Assembly (NCBI GenBank): GCA_012295275.1
Contig: CM022677.1
Location: 7,626,001 to 7,690,000 of the forward strand
Source of the DNA: Chrysomallon squamiferum
Lineage: Eukaryota > Animalia > Mollusca
Direction: 5' to 3'
Length of the DNA stretch: 64,000 nt
Shown piece by piece: positions 39,046 to 52,545 of this stretch. The stretch's first letter is position 1; the number at the start of each line of letters is the position of its first letter. The position numbers and the translations under genes are program-made. The notes beneath the pieces were generated by a model, which worked only from the letters and a program-made list of their open reading frames with translations, had not been told where the DNA came from and searched no databases.

Positions 39046-39863
39046 CAGGATTTCATTTATAATTAAAGTGATTTTTCTGTGCACAGTTTTCACTGTTTGA
39101 TTCAAGTGCTGAGTTTAAAATGTAAATCAACTAAAACATTAACAAATATGTACAAAAATCTGGTAAGGTGAACAATTCATTTTTTTTCCCTTCTTTCTTT
39201 TTTTTTTCTTTTCTGTAATACTATATGCTGTTTTGATGCTTCAAATGAAATTGGTGATTCTATAACAGTGATTTTACTTAGTACCAAAATATGAAAATAA
39301 AAATGGCAGTAAATGAAAACACATTATTTGCAAACATAAAAAATTTAAGAATGCATAAAAATAAATAAATGAATAAAAAAGAACAAACCAGACACACAAT
39401 GAAACAAGTCTATACAAGTTTCCTGCTCTGTTGACAGTATGTGTGAACTGATGTGTAATAATTATACAAAAATGTATTTGTTGGTACAGAACTTGAAAGT
39501 TATTTTTTTTGTGTGATCTGAACAGTTGGATTTGTAATGAAAAAATTAAATATTTCTTCCTTCTTACTGTCATTTAACTTTTCTCAACACCTGAGCAGAA
39601 TTCTAAATATTGTGTGTAGCTGGTAATTGAGTAGGAACTAGATTTAAAGACAGACTGGAAAATAAACAAAAATATCATAAAATGAAACATATCTTTTTTT
39701 ACCAAGTTTATTCTTGAAAACAAATGGTAGTTCTAAATACTTGTTGTATTCAAATTCAGCTATAAGTTTCAGGAAAAGAAAACAGAATCATGTGGGTTGT
39801 TGCTAACAGGTTTTTAGTAATATTTATATTATGTGTATAATCAACATACTTTTGCTGTTTTTA

Positions 39864-40608
39864 ACCTGTCAGGACATCTGACCTTTGACCATGGACAGTG
39901 ACTGGCCGATGCAATGTTTTATGCAATAAATGAACAGGAAATATGGTCACATTGCATGCTTTATCTTCTCTGTGACTTCTGATGTTCCATGCAAGGTGTG
40001 TCAGCCAAAGGGACGCAACTTGAGGTTTGTCTGCTTCAGTTTTTCGTTTTGGTTCACTGTTATTTGAGTTTTGGCTGCAGCTTGTAATAAACAACTTTTT
40101 CAGTCTTCACAGTTTATGTTAACAGTGAGAGAAGAAAAACAATAATAAAGAACAAAACAAATTCAAACACACTTTTGATATTTTTGTTTACATAACTGCC
40201 AGTTCACAGCAACAAGGTAAGGCTGTTGGTATCACAGCCAATATTCAAATATTAGTGAGAACAAAAATTACAAAAAGAAAAGAAAAACAATTATGCCTAG
40301 TGTTACTGGTTTATAGATAACACATGAATTATATCTGACAAACAACTAAAAAAAAAAATAATAAAAAATATGGTTTGTTAAATGGTTATAAAAATATGTA
40401 ACATACATTTCAAAATAATAATGAAATAGTGAAATATATGTACAATCTGTGTCATGTGACAGCATCACCAGGCAGATTAATAGTGTGATACTGTCACATG
40501 ACACAGATTGTATAAGTTGTACTGTTTATTATTACTTTACCTCGAGATGCTGGTCTTCTGTAGGTGCTCCCCATGTCTGCCAATTTTGTGTAAGTACATT
40601 GCAGGAAA
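39864..40608 (-). pseudogene. Orphan exon-like segments of an unidentified gene
   Basis: 40541-40608 is bounded by TTTCTGTTAG and GTAAAG; ~39865-40080 is bounded by CAAG and GTTAA. Both are less AT-rich than the flanks. No recognisable domain. Confidence 0.3.
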
Positions 40609-40689
40609 CTAACAGAAAAACAAAAACAAAATAATCAATTTAAAAACATTGTATTATATTATTTGGATTTACAAAAAATATTTTGTGAC

Positions 40690-40690
<1 letters not shown>

Positions 40691-40757
<67 letters not shown>
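40691..40757. repeat. (TAA)n microsatellite
   Basis: Pure TAA run. Confidence 0.95.
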
Positions 40758-41094
40758 TTAAGAAAGAAATAAAATCAAAATCAAAATAGAATATTACATG
40801 TATACAAACAAATTAGATATTGATCAGATTTTACATTATAAATTACTATTCTCCATGGATCCAGCTTAGTTCTCCCAGGTTTATGTGCTTATGGTATTGG
40901 TGTAATCCTAACTCTAATCCTAACCCTAATCCTAATAATGCTTTATAGCATCTTTAATTTATTGTAACAATTAACCACTTATTAAGTTTAGTAACAAATT
41001 TTCCATGAAAATTAATTAAATGCTCTAGATAGTGTTTTGATTGTACATGTAATAATACATGTGAATAAAGCTTAAACACATAAATCTGAGAATA

Positions 41095-42505
41095 ACAGAT
41101 TTCAGTATTTCTGGTCCATTAAATTTAGCAATGGCTTAATTTAGATTAATAATAATAATTAGCAGGGTTTGAAAATAAGAACAGTAATAAACAAGTGAGC
41201 AAACTAATTTAATCTGCAAATAAAAATTTAAAATAAAATTTAACAGAAAAGCTAATTTATGATATTACAGCCCTGTAATATTAAATTTATCATTTATAAT
41301 TGATGATGATGATAAGGATGATGAAGAGGATTAAAATGGAGACATTTACATGATGATACAGGAATATTTTATAGATGATAACTCAATTAATCTATAAATA
41401 AATGATATAAGGAATGTTAACTTCACAGACTGAATAAATTAGTGTATAATTCTGGCATACTCAGTCTGTTAAAGATATTTGTATGGAGGAATGATGTCAA
41501 TGATGGAAAAATAAATATAGAGATTAAAAAAATAACAAATAAATAAATAAAATAATAATAAAAATATAAGAAGAATTAAAAAAATAATAAGATAAAGAAA
41601 ATATAATGATTGTTGACACCAGAAACAAGAATAAAACAATGCTAATGGAAATAATGAAGTATTCTAAGGTATCCGGATTGTATACTACAATATAAATGTA
41701 AATACTGCATTAAAAAATTTAGTGTCTTTTAAAAACACTTCATTTATATTCTGATTATTGATAATATAAATGTGACTAAAATAAAGAAGAAATATTTTAT
41801 TTAAGGACATACACAGCATGTTTTTACTAATTCTTTGTATCTTTAAAGGTAAACAACAATTCAGCTAATGAAAAAAAAAACCTGTTTCTGCAATCTGAAC
41901 TGACACCCTGACAACCTAAAAATCTGTTTTTAACATATACCTTTCCACAAAAAACAAACATACACCTCTTTTGGTAGATAACATTATTAGTCCTCCATGC
42001 AGAACTCATCCTGGAACACAACAAACCTTGGCCATGCACTCTAACCACTGAGCCAGTCTATCCATCACTATAAGTTTAACACAACTGATTAAGTGAATAC
42101 TTACAGAGTAGAGTTTGATTTGTATAGTTCCGAATCTCAACTCAGTTTTGTGAAAGCTAATGAGTACTGGGTGTTTCATGATATTTGACTTCCATTACAA
42201 CAGCAAGATGCTGAATTAAAATTAATAAAAATAATAATAAACCCTGCAATATAAGCTGTCTGATGAAATAAATCTTATTAACATTTAACTGAGGAGCACT
42301 CATTTAAAAATTCCTTTAATATTAACTTTCTTTATTGGCAGCTTCTGAAATACTGACATTATATAAGGATCTTCAAAAAACCTGAAAGCATCCATTTTAA
42401 ATAATACAAATATACTTACATAGGTAAAAGCATTCATCAGTCTGTACACTAAAACTGAATATCAATTTTTCCAGTACAATAACAAATTTCATAAATTCAT
42501 ATAAT
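41095..42505 (-). repeat. Continuation of copy 2 of the triplicated block
   Basis: Reverse complement of 1540-2230 and 2960-3140. Confidence 0.88.
41785..42062 (-). mobile_element. Decayed tRNA-derived SINE (resembles molluscan Nin/Deu-domain SINEs)
   Basis: Minus strand begins with A-box TGGCTCAGTGGTTAGAGTGC, has central GGTGTATG...TGTGGAAAGGTATATGTTAAAAACAGAT, and ends AAACATGCTGTGTATGTCCTTAAATAAAATATTTCTTC. B-box degenerate; family from recall only. Confidence 0.5.
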
Positions 42506-44155
42506 ATTAATGACCTTAATAACAACAATAGTAGTAGTAGTAGTAATAGTAGTAATAATAGTAGTAAAATATATTAATAGTAAAATTAGCAATAATAACA
42601 TAACAATAACAGTAATAATAATTTACTATATACATTTTCACCTAATATTTGTTAATGAGAAAAAGAAGGAATGAATGTTTTATTCAACAACATGTATATA
42701 GCATTCATATTTTTGCTTTTGCATTTAACATGTTTTATGAAGGAATGTGGTAACTATACTGTAGCAAAAAGTGTCATGACGTGAAACACAAATTTCTTCA
42801 TAGATCATTTTCAGAGCATTTATTTTTTCTAGTTTTTTAAGAATAATTATAAGTGTTATATAAAGTCTGAAACTTGAGGTAATTCAAACAAAATGACAAT
42901 GCACATAATACCTTTAATAATTAGAATATATATCTTGAAATATTGGAAATTTTTTTAATATTTCACTCACATCTCATTTTTCATACAAATGTTCTTTAAA
43001 GTAATAATAAAAATAAAAAGAAGATGAAGTAAAAGAAAAAAACATTCAGTGGTAAGTATATTCAAAACATCGTGGTTTATCGAGACTAGTCTAGCCTGAG
43101 GCCTAGCGGTGGTTGACCCATTTCTATGAACCAAAGTACCAAGAAACAGAACCGAAAGGAACACATTTGTTTTACCTCATCTAATTTTTCGGAAGGCGAA
43201 TTTCCTCGATCCTCATATGCAGAGACTGTGTCCTAACCTAGAAATATATAATATATCCTACATATGCATCTATATACCACTACACAAATACAAACAATAG
43301 CAAAAAATTAAATTTACATGGCTGAAATAAGATTTATCCTATTTTGTTTCGCGTCAGCTGATTTCCGCTGTCTTTAATATCACAACATGCACGATGTCGA
43401 CCGAGGTATCACACAGTTGTGGCTAAACACCTTTCAAACAATCAGAGGCTGAGAACTGTCACAGGATCAGTATACGTACACTTCCCCTACAGAGTAATAT
43501 TACAATGCGGGATGTGGAACACGGATGAGAGAATGAAAGGAATAAACGAGTAAACATGCAAAAGAAAATGTAAAAGAAAGGTACAACTTTTATAGAAATT
43601 ATGAACTTTGATAGAATTAAAACAAAACAAATATAATTAGAATGAAAAGAACGAAACAATAAAAGAACGGGAGACAGAATTAAAACACACTTAGAAATGG
43701 TGTTAGCGTCAGAATTAAGTTCAGTCCTTTCGTTAAGGTTACGTTTAAGGTATGTTATGGTTAGGATGAGGGTTATTAAAATTTTATTATCAATGTAACG
43801 ATAATTTCCAAAATAACTGTCGTAGAGTAGGAATGGTTCAGGTGCATGAACGATCGGGTTCAGTCATATCTACAGTAGTGCTGAGTGTAGCCACACACCC
43901 TTATACATACCAAGACTGACTTTCTTGGAGTACCTCCACCAAATCTTGTTCTTCCTGGTACCTAACTTGGTATAGATGTGGCCACGATAACAAATTTTTG
44001 ATACTCCGTTCTGACTCCATAGTAATTTTATTGATAGGTTTGTGGAATGTATTCTAATGATGGCACTAATGAGTCTCAGGAATGGTGCTCACTCACAGCT
44101 TTTATATTCATAGCATGGGTAATTAAGTGGGAAGCCATCTGGGAAGCCATATACA

Positions 44156-44270
44156 GGGATATATCTGAAGATAAGATAAAGGGATATATCTGAAGATAAG
44201 ATAAAGGGATAGATCTGAAGATAAGATAAAAGGATAGATCTGAAGATAAGATAAAGGGATAGATCTGAGG
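44156..44270. repeat. 25-bp tandem repeat x~4.5 (GGGATA(T/G)ATCTGAAGATAAGATAAA)
   Basis: Near-perfect units starting at 44156. Confidence 0.93.
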
Positions 44271-45048
44271 ACATGAAGAGAAGGGATTACCCTTTGAATG
44301 GGTCAATTAGAGAATGGCTTCTTAACTGGCTTCTTAAAGAAAATGATAATTGAGACATTTTAAGAACCCGTTGGATAGGTCAATGACAATTAAAACTCAA
44401 CTGGGTAACTTAATTGGGAAACTGACTTATGTTAGAAAGATGTAGAGATATAGATTGACATAGTATTTATGGTGAAACATATAGATTATCAATTGGGGAA
44501 TGATAATTAATGGATGAAAGAGCTGCATATTTATGATGAGTATTTAAGAAGCATTAAAAATATTGTTTAGCAAAAAAAATAATTTGAAATACCTTTAACA
44601 TATTTAAAATAGGAATTTTAGTAAAAATGTAGTGTTTCTTTCTTTCCCATTGCTTTCTTTCCTACAACCATATTTTTAATAGAATATTTGTTCTCAACTG
44701 TCTTAAATCCTGACATCTGCAAAATCAAACCCATTGCATCTTATCTAAAAACAATAAATGGAAAACTATGCTGAAATTGTTATAATTCATATAATTTAAA
44801 ACAAACAAAGAAAAAAAAAAAAAAAAAAGAGACTAGTCTTTCTGTGTTTTTATTTGTATTATGTATATATTGATCAAAATCTGTTTTTGTTGTCTGTCAA
44901 CCAGCAGAAGATAATCTGACATGATCATTATATATATATATATACACACACACACATACACACGTACATAAATACAAATCTTGTTTGAGTTTATGAAAAC
45001 AAACATTAAAAGCAATAGCATGAACACCAGTCATGCTGTACATCTGTA

Positions 45049-45107
<59 letters not shown>

Positions 45108-45109
45108 AC

Positions 45110-45749
45110 TCACTCTTTTTTTTATCTATTTACAAATACGTTAAACAGAGTTATTTCCCTTAGACCATTAACGCATATGCAATGTCAAGCTAAATTCGGT
45201 TTACTACATTTAGATGAAATTGGCTAATTCTATAAATGTTTTAGTAAAATATTCTAATAGTTAATATTAAATTCAACAGTTGATAAAGAGCCAGTTTTCA
45301 TTTTTGTTGCTTTATTTGATTTATTATTATTACTTAATTAATTATTGAAAAATTCCTATTTCGCTTAAAACATTTATTTATTATTTTATTTCTTTTTCGA
45401 TTTGTCTGTTCAGTAAAAACAATGAATTTGTATACAACATATACACTATAAATCTCGAGCAGTCAGGTGACTCTGGGTTTCTTCGTGTGATATCTGCTTT
45501 GGTTTTGTATAATATAAATAAATGAATAGTTCTTATTTAAAATTGTCATTTTTTTATTCAGTAGTAAACGTGTCACGCGAGTCTGGATTACGTCATTAGT
45601 TTTACAAGTTGTACCATGTAAAACAAGTTTCTAAGGAGGAGACAATTTTGAATCCTTTTTTAAAAATAAAATAAACTATACAGGAAAAGGTGAAGATGTT
45701 GAAGTGAATATAAACTACTCTGCTGGATAAGCTTAATGTTTTTGTTTTC

Positions 45750-45835
<86 letters not shown>

Positions 45836-47135
45836 CATTATTATTACATATATTATTATTATTATTATTACATATATTATTATTATTATTATTATTATTG
45901 ATAACGTGAGAAGAATGGTGAAAACGGAGATACACTTTACCTGAACGAGAAAACTTTGTGACATACTATATCATTGCTGCTTTATTATCAATGTTTTCTA
46001 CAGTGTTTATAAAAAAATTACTGAAGTTATAATTACAGCGACGCCTGTGCATATCTCTACAATCTGAGAGGTAGATAGGTAGACGGACAGCCGGACATAC
46101 AGAGAGACAGACCGATCGATAGCTAGACAGACAGACAGATATAGAATTAAACAAGCCAAAACTGAACTGCGTAATTAATGTGACCAATAAAAGAAAAGAT
46201 GTGAAAAGCGAGGTTAATGTGATATTATATTATAACGCATGTACAAACATTTTCTTACAAGTTCATTTGCCTATCAAATCTATCGGCTTATTATTTAACT
46301 ACATATGTAAACACCATCTCAGATATATCAACTTAACAACGTATCCTCTAAGGCAAACAGGTATACCAAACTCTTTCTTTTCTCTCTCTCTGTGTGTGTG
46401 TGTGTGTGGGGGGGTGAGTGCGTGTGTGTGTGTGGCTGTGTTTGTGTGACTGTTGATAATTGTTTCTTTATAATGACAGGTCAATATCTGACATAACGAC
46501 ATTAACGATAAAAACAACAATAATTGCAATAATACTACTTAAAATGATAAAAAAAATATAATAATAATAATAAAGACAAAATATTCAAACAAGGGAAAAA
46601 GAAAAGATTAAGAAAGGAAATAAAATGTTATTTCAGGGATATATTTATTATAAAGAAACAATTAAATTAAACAGAAATAAAAAATATAATATGTAGGTTT
46701 AAATAAAATCATTTTAGTGAAGTCAGTAAATTCAGTGAATGAAACACATTGAGGAGACTTAAGATGCCACTAGTGATCTTTCGTGTGTGTTTTTAATTTT
46801 TTCGACACTCAGTCTTTTTTTGTATATTTACCAACGTGTTAAATAGAGTTATTTCCCTTAGACCGGGAACTTCTGAAATATATTATTCCTCGCATATGTG
46901 AGGTGACGGTAAATTAGAGTTGCTGCTTTTAGATGAAAAGAACTAATTCTGTATAATGTTTTGTAGCAGGCAGAAACAGCTTATTAATATTCCCTGCGTT
47001 TTCTTTGTCTTTTAAATACCACTTTCCTATATTTTTGATTTATTTAATGTGTTATTATTATTTATTGAATTATTGTAAAATGCCTATTTCATTTAATGTT
47101 TTTCAATCAATTTTATTTCTTTATTTTATTTATTT
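45110..47135 (+). repeat. Diverged ~300-bp direct repeat pair (45110-45400 and 46806-47135)
   Basis: Both contain GTTAAA(C/T)AGAGTTATTTCCCTTAGACC...CGCATATG...TTTAGATGAAA...CTAATTCT...AATGTTTT. Confidence 0.75.
45760..45900. repeat. (ATT)n microsatellite
   Basis: Interrupted ATT run. Confidence 0.95.
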
Positions 47136-47585
47136 TGGTTGAAAAAGAAAGAAAGACGCAGGAGATCACGGCTTGGTAATATGAACAACCATCCTTATCA
47201 GTTAAATAAGTTAGAAGGTTCAGAAAAGAGATGTAAAATAATTGAATTTGGAAGTTTAAAAACTTCCGAGAGCTCTCGGAAACTTCCGATCGAAATGCAA
47301 TATGGCAAGATCGAAGTCCGATCAGTGTTTACACACTTTTAAACATATAGTCCTTTATATTGCAACCAATTCTATTTGGATTATTAAAAGTAATTTGTGG
47401 AAGTATGTCAAATAACCAGTGCCTCAGATACATAGATGTCTACTACTGAGAAGTAATTGTTGTAAAGGTAGAAACATTTGTTTGTTGTTGTTTTAGTTTG
47501 TACCGTTGACGTAATGTACCATCTCGTACCGATTTCGTATTATGCATTTTTCAGATATTATTAGATGTCACCAGCGAAAAAAAAA

Positions 47586-47617
<32 letters not shown>

Positions 47618-47771
47618 TAAAATAAAATAAAATTATTTATTCTCTTTAAGTACCATAATGTGGACACGTTACTCTTTTAAAACTCCATAGCGGTCAGCTC
47701 TGAGTACGTAGCTGTAAAACGATACTTGAAACCATTACAAATGTTTATTTTTATATTTATTTCCATTTTCA

Positions 47772-47971
47772 NNNNNNNNNNNNNNNNNNNNNNNNNNNNN
47801 NNNNNNNNNNNNNNNNNNNNNNNNNNNNNNNNNNNNNNNNNNNNNNNNNNNNNNNNNNNNNNNNNNNNNNNNNNNNNNNNNNNNNNNNNNNNNNNNNNNN
47901 NNNNNNNNNNNNNNNNNNNNNNNNNNNNNNNNNNNNNNNNNNNNNNNNNNNNNNNNNNNNNNNNNNNNNNN
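47772..47971. other. Assembly gap (200 N)
   Basis: Run of N. Confidence 1.
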
Positions 47972-48011
47972 TTGGTAATGCTTCGTTCAGTTACGTATTG
48001 CTATGGCCTCG

Positions 48012-49355
48012 TATTTTGTTATTTGTAAAAGACACAAAACAAACATTATTAAATATGCTGTTAATTCACTCACAGTCATACTGATATTTATGTGCTGATA
48101 AAATACACAGATCAAAGTTTATAAAGGAAATCATATTTTGATTAGATTTTTTCAGAGTGTTATCTTTATCTTTGTTGTTTTCATTGGCCAATTATTATAA
48201 GAAGTGTTTTTGATAATATCAGTTATGTGTTTCAGTATGTATGTTGGTATGTCTCTGCAGATATGTGTGACTGTATTTGTGTGTGTGTGTGTGTGTGTGT
48301 GTTTTTGGTGTATGTGTCAGTATGTATGTTGGTATGTCTGTTTGTGTCAGTTTTGCCTAAGTGAATGTGAGTGTGTGAGACTGTATTTTCTGTTGTGTGA
48401 ATATTGTAATGTTTGTATATGTGTTAGTTGCTTTAGTGTCTTTTACTTGTGTTATATGAGTGCATGCATTTATGTCTGCACAAAATAGAACATAAACTCA
48501 GAAGATAAAGCATTAAATCAATTTATTTAGTAAACTTTAATACAAAACAGATGTCTAGATCAATTTTTAATACTAGCTCCTGTTAAATAAAGTAATTAAT
48601 TATTTGATGTACTAATTTAAAACAGGTGATAAATTAGTAACAGCTGTAGTTAAATTATATTTTCTTTTTACAATATTTTTGTTATTTGTAAAAGACACAA
48701 AACAAACATTATAAAATATATTGTTAATTCACTCAGTCATACTAATATTTATGTGCTGATAAAATACCCAGACCAAAGTTTATGAAGGAAATCATTTTTT
48801 TTTTCAGAGTTTTATCTTTATCTTTGTTGTTTTCATAGGCCAATTATATCAGTTTTGATAATATCAGTTATTATGTATTAAATTTATGTTCTGCACTTTT
48901 TGTGTGAGGATGTGTCAGTATGTATGTCAGTATGTCTCTGCAGATATGTATGACTGTATTTGTGAGTGTGTTTTGGTGTATGTGTCAGTATGTATGTTGG
49001 TATGTCTGTGTCAGTTTTGCCTAAGTGAATGTGTCTGTGTGTGAGACTGTGTATTTTCTGTTGTGTGAGTATTGTAATGTTTGTATATGTGTTAGTTTCT
49101 TTAGTGTCTTTTACTTGTGTTATATGAGTACATGCATTTATGTCTGCACAAAATAGAATATAAACTCAGAAGATAAAGCATTAAATCAATTTATCATAAA
49201 ACTTTAATAAAAAACAGATGTCTAGATCAATTTTTAATACTAGCTCCTGTTAAATAAAGTAATTAATTATTCGATGTACTAATTTAAAACAGGTCATAAA
49301 TTAGTAACAGCTGCAGTTAAATTATATTTTATTTTTACACTATTTTTGTTATTTT
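48012..49355 (+). repeat. ~665-bp tandem duplication (48012-48674 and 48675-49355)
   Basis: TTTTGTTATTTGTAAAAGACACAAAACAAACATT at ~48014 and ~48675; CAGATGTCTAGATCAATTTTTAATACTAGCTCC at ~48548 and ~49215. Confidence 0.92.
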
Positions 49356-49864
49356 TAATTAATTAATTTTTATATTTGTTACAATTTTGCTGTTGAATTT
49401 GATTTTTTAATTCATTGTTACTGTTTCTTGGTAAATAAAAAAGAGATATAAAATTGTTTTCAGGTTGTTAATTATTATTGATTTTGTTTTTAATTTGGAT
49501 GGGAAATTGTATTTGCTTTCTTTATTTATTTCATATGTTTTAACAATATAACTAAAGTTTTATCAAAAGAGAGTTATTTCCCTTATGAAAATTATTATCC
49601 ATGGTCAGTTGTTTATAATATCATAAATTAATAATAATAATAATAATAATAAACTAACAAATGAATAAATAAATAATTGGGGTATTCATTCACACAAAAC
49701 AGGAAAAATTACAAAATAAAATGAAATGATTTGTATACTTTGTGAAGGCAATAATTGTATAAAATTGGGTCTAAGAATATTTTGAATTTTAACTCAATTC
49801 TCAACATATAAATGCTGGAAAAGTTATACTTATTCTTAAATATTACTCAAAAGGAAACAAAGGA

Positions 49865-49896
<32 letters not shown>

Positions 49897-51154
49897 AATA
49901 CAAATTTTCAAGTTAACGAAAATGATAAGGAATAATAGTGAATGAAATATTAAATTTTTCAAATTCAAATAAATTTTAAATGGAATAAAAAGTGTTCTTA
50001 TCAAATATTTATTTCATGGGAGACTCAAAAATTATAATAATCTATTTAAATATGTACAGAATTAAAAATGTAAAACTATTGCGTGTGGCTGTGTGTGTTT
50101 GTGTGCATGTGCATGCTTGTGCACATTTGGGAATGTGTGTATGTGCATTTGTGTTTCTGACTAAACAAGGACAAACTTACACTAATATATACAAAAACAC
50201 ACAAACAAAAACATTTATATTAATTTCTACATCGTTTATAATGTATATTTATTAGATTATAACATCTAATGTCTTGTATATCAATTAGAAAATTCTATTA
50301 AACTGTATTACAAGCAAATCAAGCAATATTAATGTAAATTCAAAAGTAATAATAATTGTGTAAATTATCAGTTTATGTCTATTTGAATAAATTTTTTTTT
50401 TTTTAAAGTTTAATAAATAATAAAATAATATTAAAAATGATATATAAATTACAATAATGACAATAATAAATTAATAATACATTTATAAATAAATGAATAA
50501 AAAAGTAATAATAAAATTACAATAATGACAATGACAGAAATAACTAATTAATAATACATTTTTTATTAATGCTATTAATATTAAAGGGAACTAAACTACA
50601 AATGCTATATATCTACAATAATTACTACAAAATGAATTTCTAAAAATCCACTAAGTGATAATAAAATATTATGAGACAAATTAAATTAGTTTTTATTTTA
50701 TGTATTTATTCTTCATAAAGTGATGCTGAAGATGCATAAAACAAGAAATATGGAAATGGAGGTCGTACCCACGACGCTCCCCGATTTTCTAGTTTCACTG
50801 TAAATCATATTTCTGAACTAGAACTAACTCGCAATAGCTCAATGGGAATCTTCTTTATAACATTTTAATAAATTTATAAATTTTACACTAGTGTACATGT
50901 GTACAGTGTCTTCAGATGGGTAAAAAAATAAACGAATATGCATAACCTAATTTTCTGCCGATAACTCGAATAACGCAGGAGTACTTATCCTTTTGTTACT
51001 AGCAGTAGAGTAAAAAGTAACGTGCGATTTATTTTAATAAGAAACTACAGATAGAATGTATATGTAAAAAAAAAAATAAAAAAAAAAAAAAATACTGCAA
51101 TAAAAAATAAAATAAAAATAGAAATAGTTCTAACAACAAAAACTATAATTTCAG

Positions 51155-52545
51155 AAAGTTACTCTGGAGAAACATCATGTGGAGAACCAGGGACATCAAC
51201 ATTTAGGAAACGGAAAGCAGAGGATGATGGATGCCCGGAGAAGACTCCAAAAGTTCGAAAGTCTTCCGAAAGTGACTCTGGAGAAACATCACAGAGCAGA
51301 CAGACCGGGGACATCAACATCAGCATCACCTACCACTGCTGAATCAATACAAGTCTGAAACTTCAAAATGTGACTCAGCAGAACCATCACGTGGAGAAAG
51401 ACCATGCACACCAACATCAGCATCAACCACCACTGCTAAATCAATACAACAATCTGAAACTTCAAAATGTTTCTCTGGAGAAACATCACGTGGAGAAAGA
51501 CCAAGGACATCAACATCAGCATCAACCACCTCTGCTAAATCAATACAACAGTCTGAAACTACAACATGTGACTGAGGAGAAACATCACGTGGAGAAAGAC
51601 CAGGGTCATCAACATCTAGGAAACGGAAAACAGAGGATGATGAATGCCCGGAGAAGACTCCAAAAGTTCGAAAGTCTTCTGAAAGTGACTCTGGAGAGAC
51701 ATCACAAGGAGAAATACCAGGGACATCAACATTAGCATCACTCACCATTGCTGAATCAAGTTTACTGCAATAAAAAATAAAATAAAAATAGAAATAGCTC
51801 AAACAACAAAAAATTTAATTTCAGAAAGTTACTCTGGAGAAACATCATGTGGAGAACCAGAGATATCAACATCTAGGAAAAGGAAAGCAGAGGATGATGA
51901 ATGCCTGGAGAAGACTCCAAAAGTACGAAAGTCTTCCAAAAGTGACTCTGGAGAAACATCACAGAGCAGAAAGACCGGGGACATCAACATCAGCATCACC
52001 TACCACTGCTGAATCAATACAACAGTCTGAAACTTCAAAATGTGACTCAGGAGAAACATCACGTGGAGAAAGAACAAGGACATCAACATCAGCATTAACC
52101 ACCACTGCTAAATCAATACAACAGTCTGAAACTTCAAAATGTGACTCAGGAGAAACATCACGTGGAGAAAGAACAAGGACATCAACATCAGCATTAACCA
52201 CCACTGCTAAATCAATACAACAGTCTGAAACTTCAAAATGTGACTCGGGTGAAACATCACGTGGAGAAAGACCAGGGTCATCAACATCTAGGAAACGGAA
52301 AGCAGAGGATGATGAATGCCCGGAGAAGACTCCAAAAGTTCGAAAGTCTTCCAAAAGTGACCCTGGAGAAACATCACAGAGCAGAAAGACCGGGGACATC
52401 AATATCAGCATCACCAACACTGCTGAAGCAACACAACAGTCTGAAACTTCAAAATGTGACTCAGCAGAACCATCACGTGGAGAAAGACCATGCACACCAA
52501 CATCAGCATCAACCACCACTGCTGAATCAACACAAAGCCTGAATT
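51155..52545 (+). repeat. Coding-type tandem array of 99-bp (33-aa) units interleaved with a basic variant unit, itself duplicated (51093-51760 and 51763-52545)
   Basis: Unit QSETSKCDSGETSRGER(P/T)(G/R)TSTSA.TTTA.SIQ; variant SRKRKAEDDECPEKTPKVRKSSKSD. Each half begins after the same AATTTCAG acceptor (~51154, ~51824). Frameshifts in several units. Confidence 0.9.

Noticed and set aside
40902-40936. Telomere-like TAACCC/TAATCC hexamers
   Set aside because: Only about 5 degenerate units; insufficient for an interstitial telomere call.
42035-42060. tRNA gene
   Set aside because: A-box only, with no intact B-box or cloverleaf; treated as a SINE head.
43840-44075. Protein-like minus-strand text (MESERSIKNLLSWPHLYQVRYQEEQDLVEVLQES)
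   Set aside because: No family recognised and no splice or terminal signals; left unannotated.
51344-52519. Minus-strand ORFs (152 aa, 186 aa) and His/Gln-rich alternative + frames over the 99-bp array
   Set aside because: Shadow frames of the tandem repeat; splice acceptors and the RING support the + strand Ser/Thr frame.
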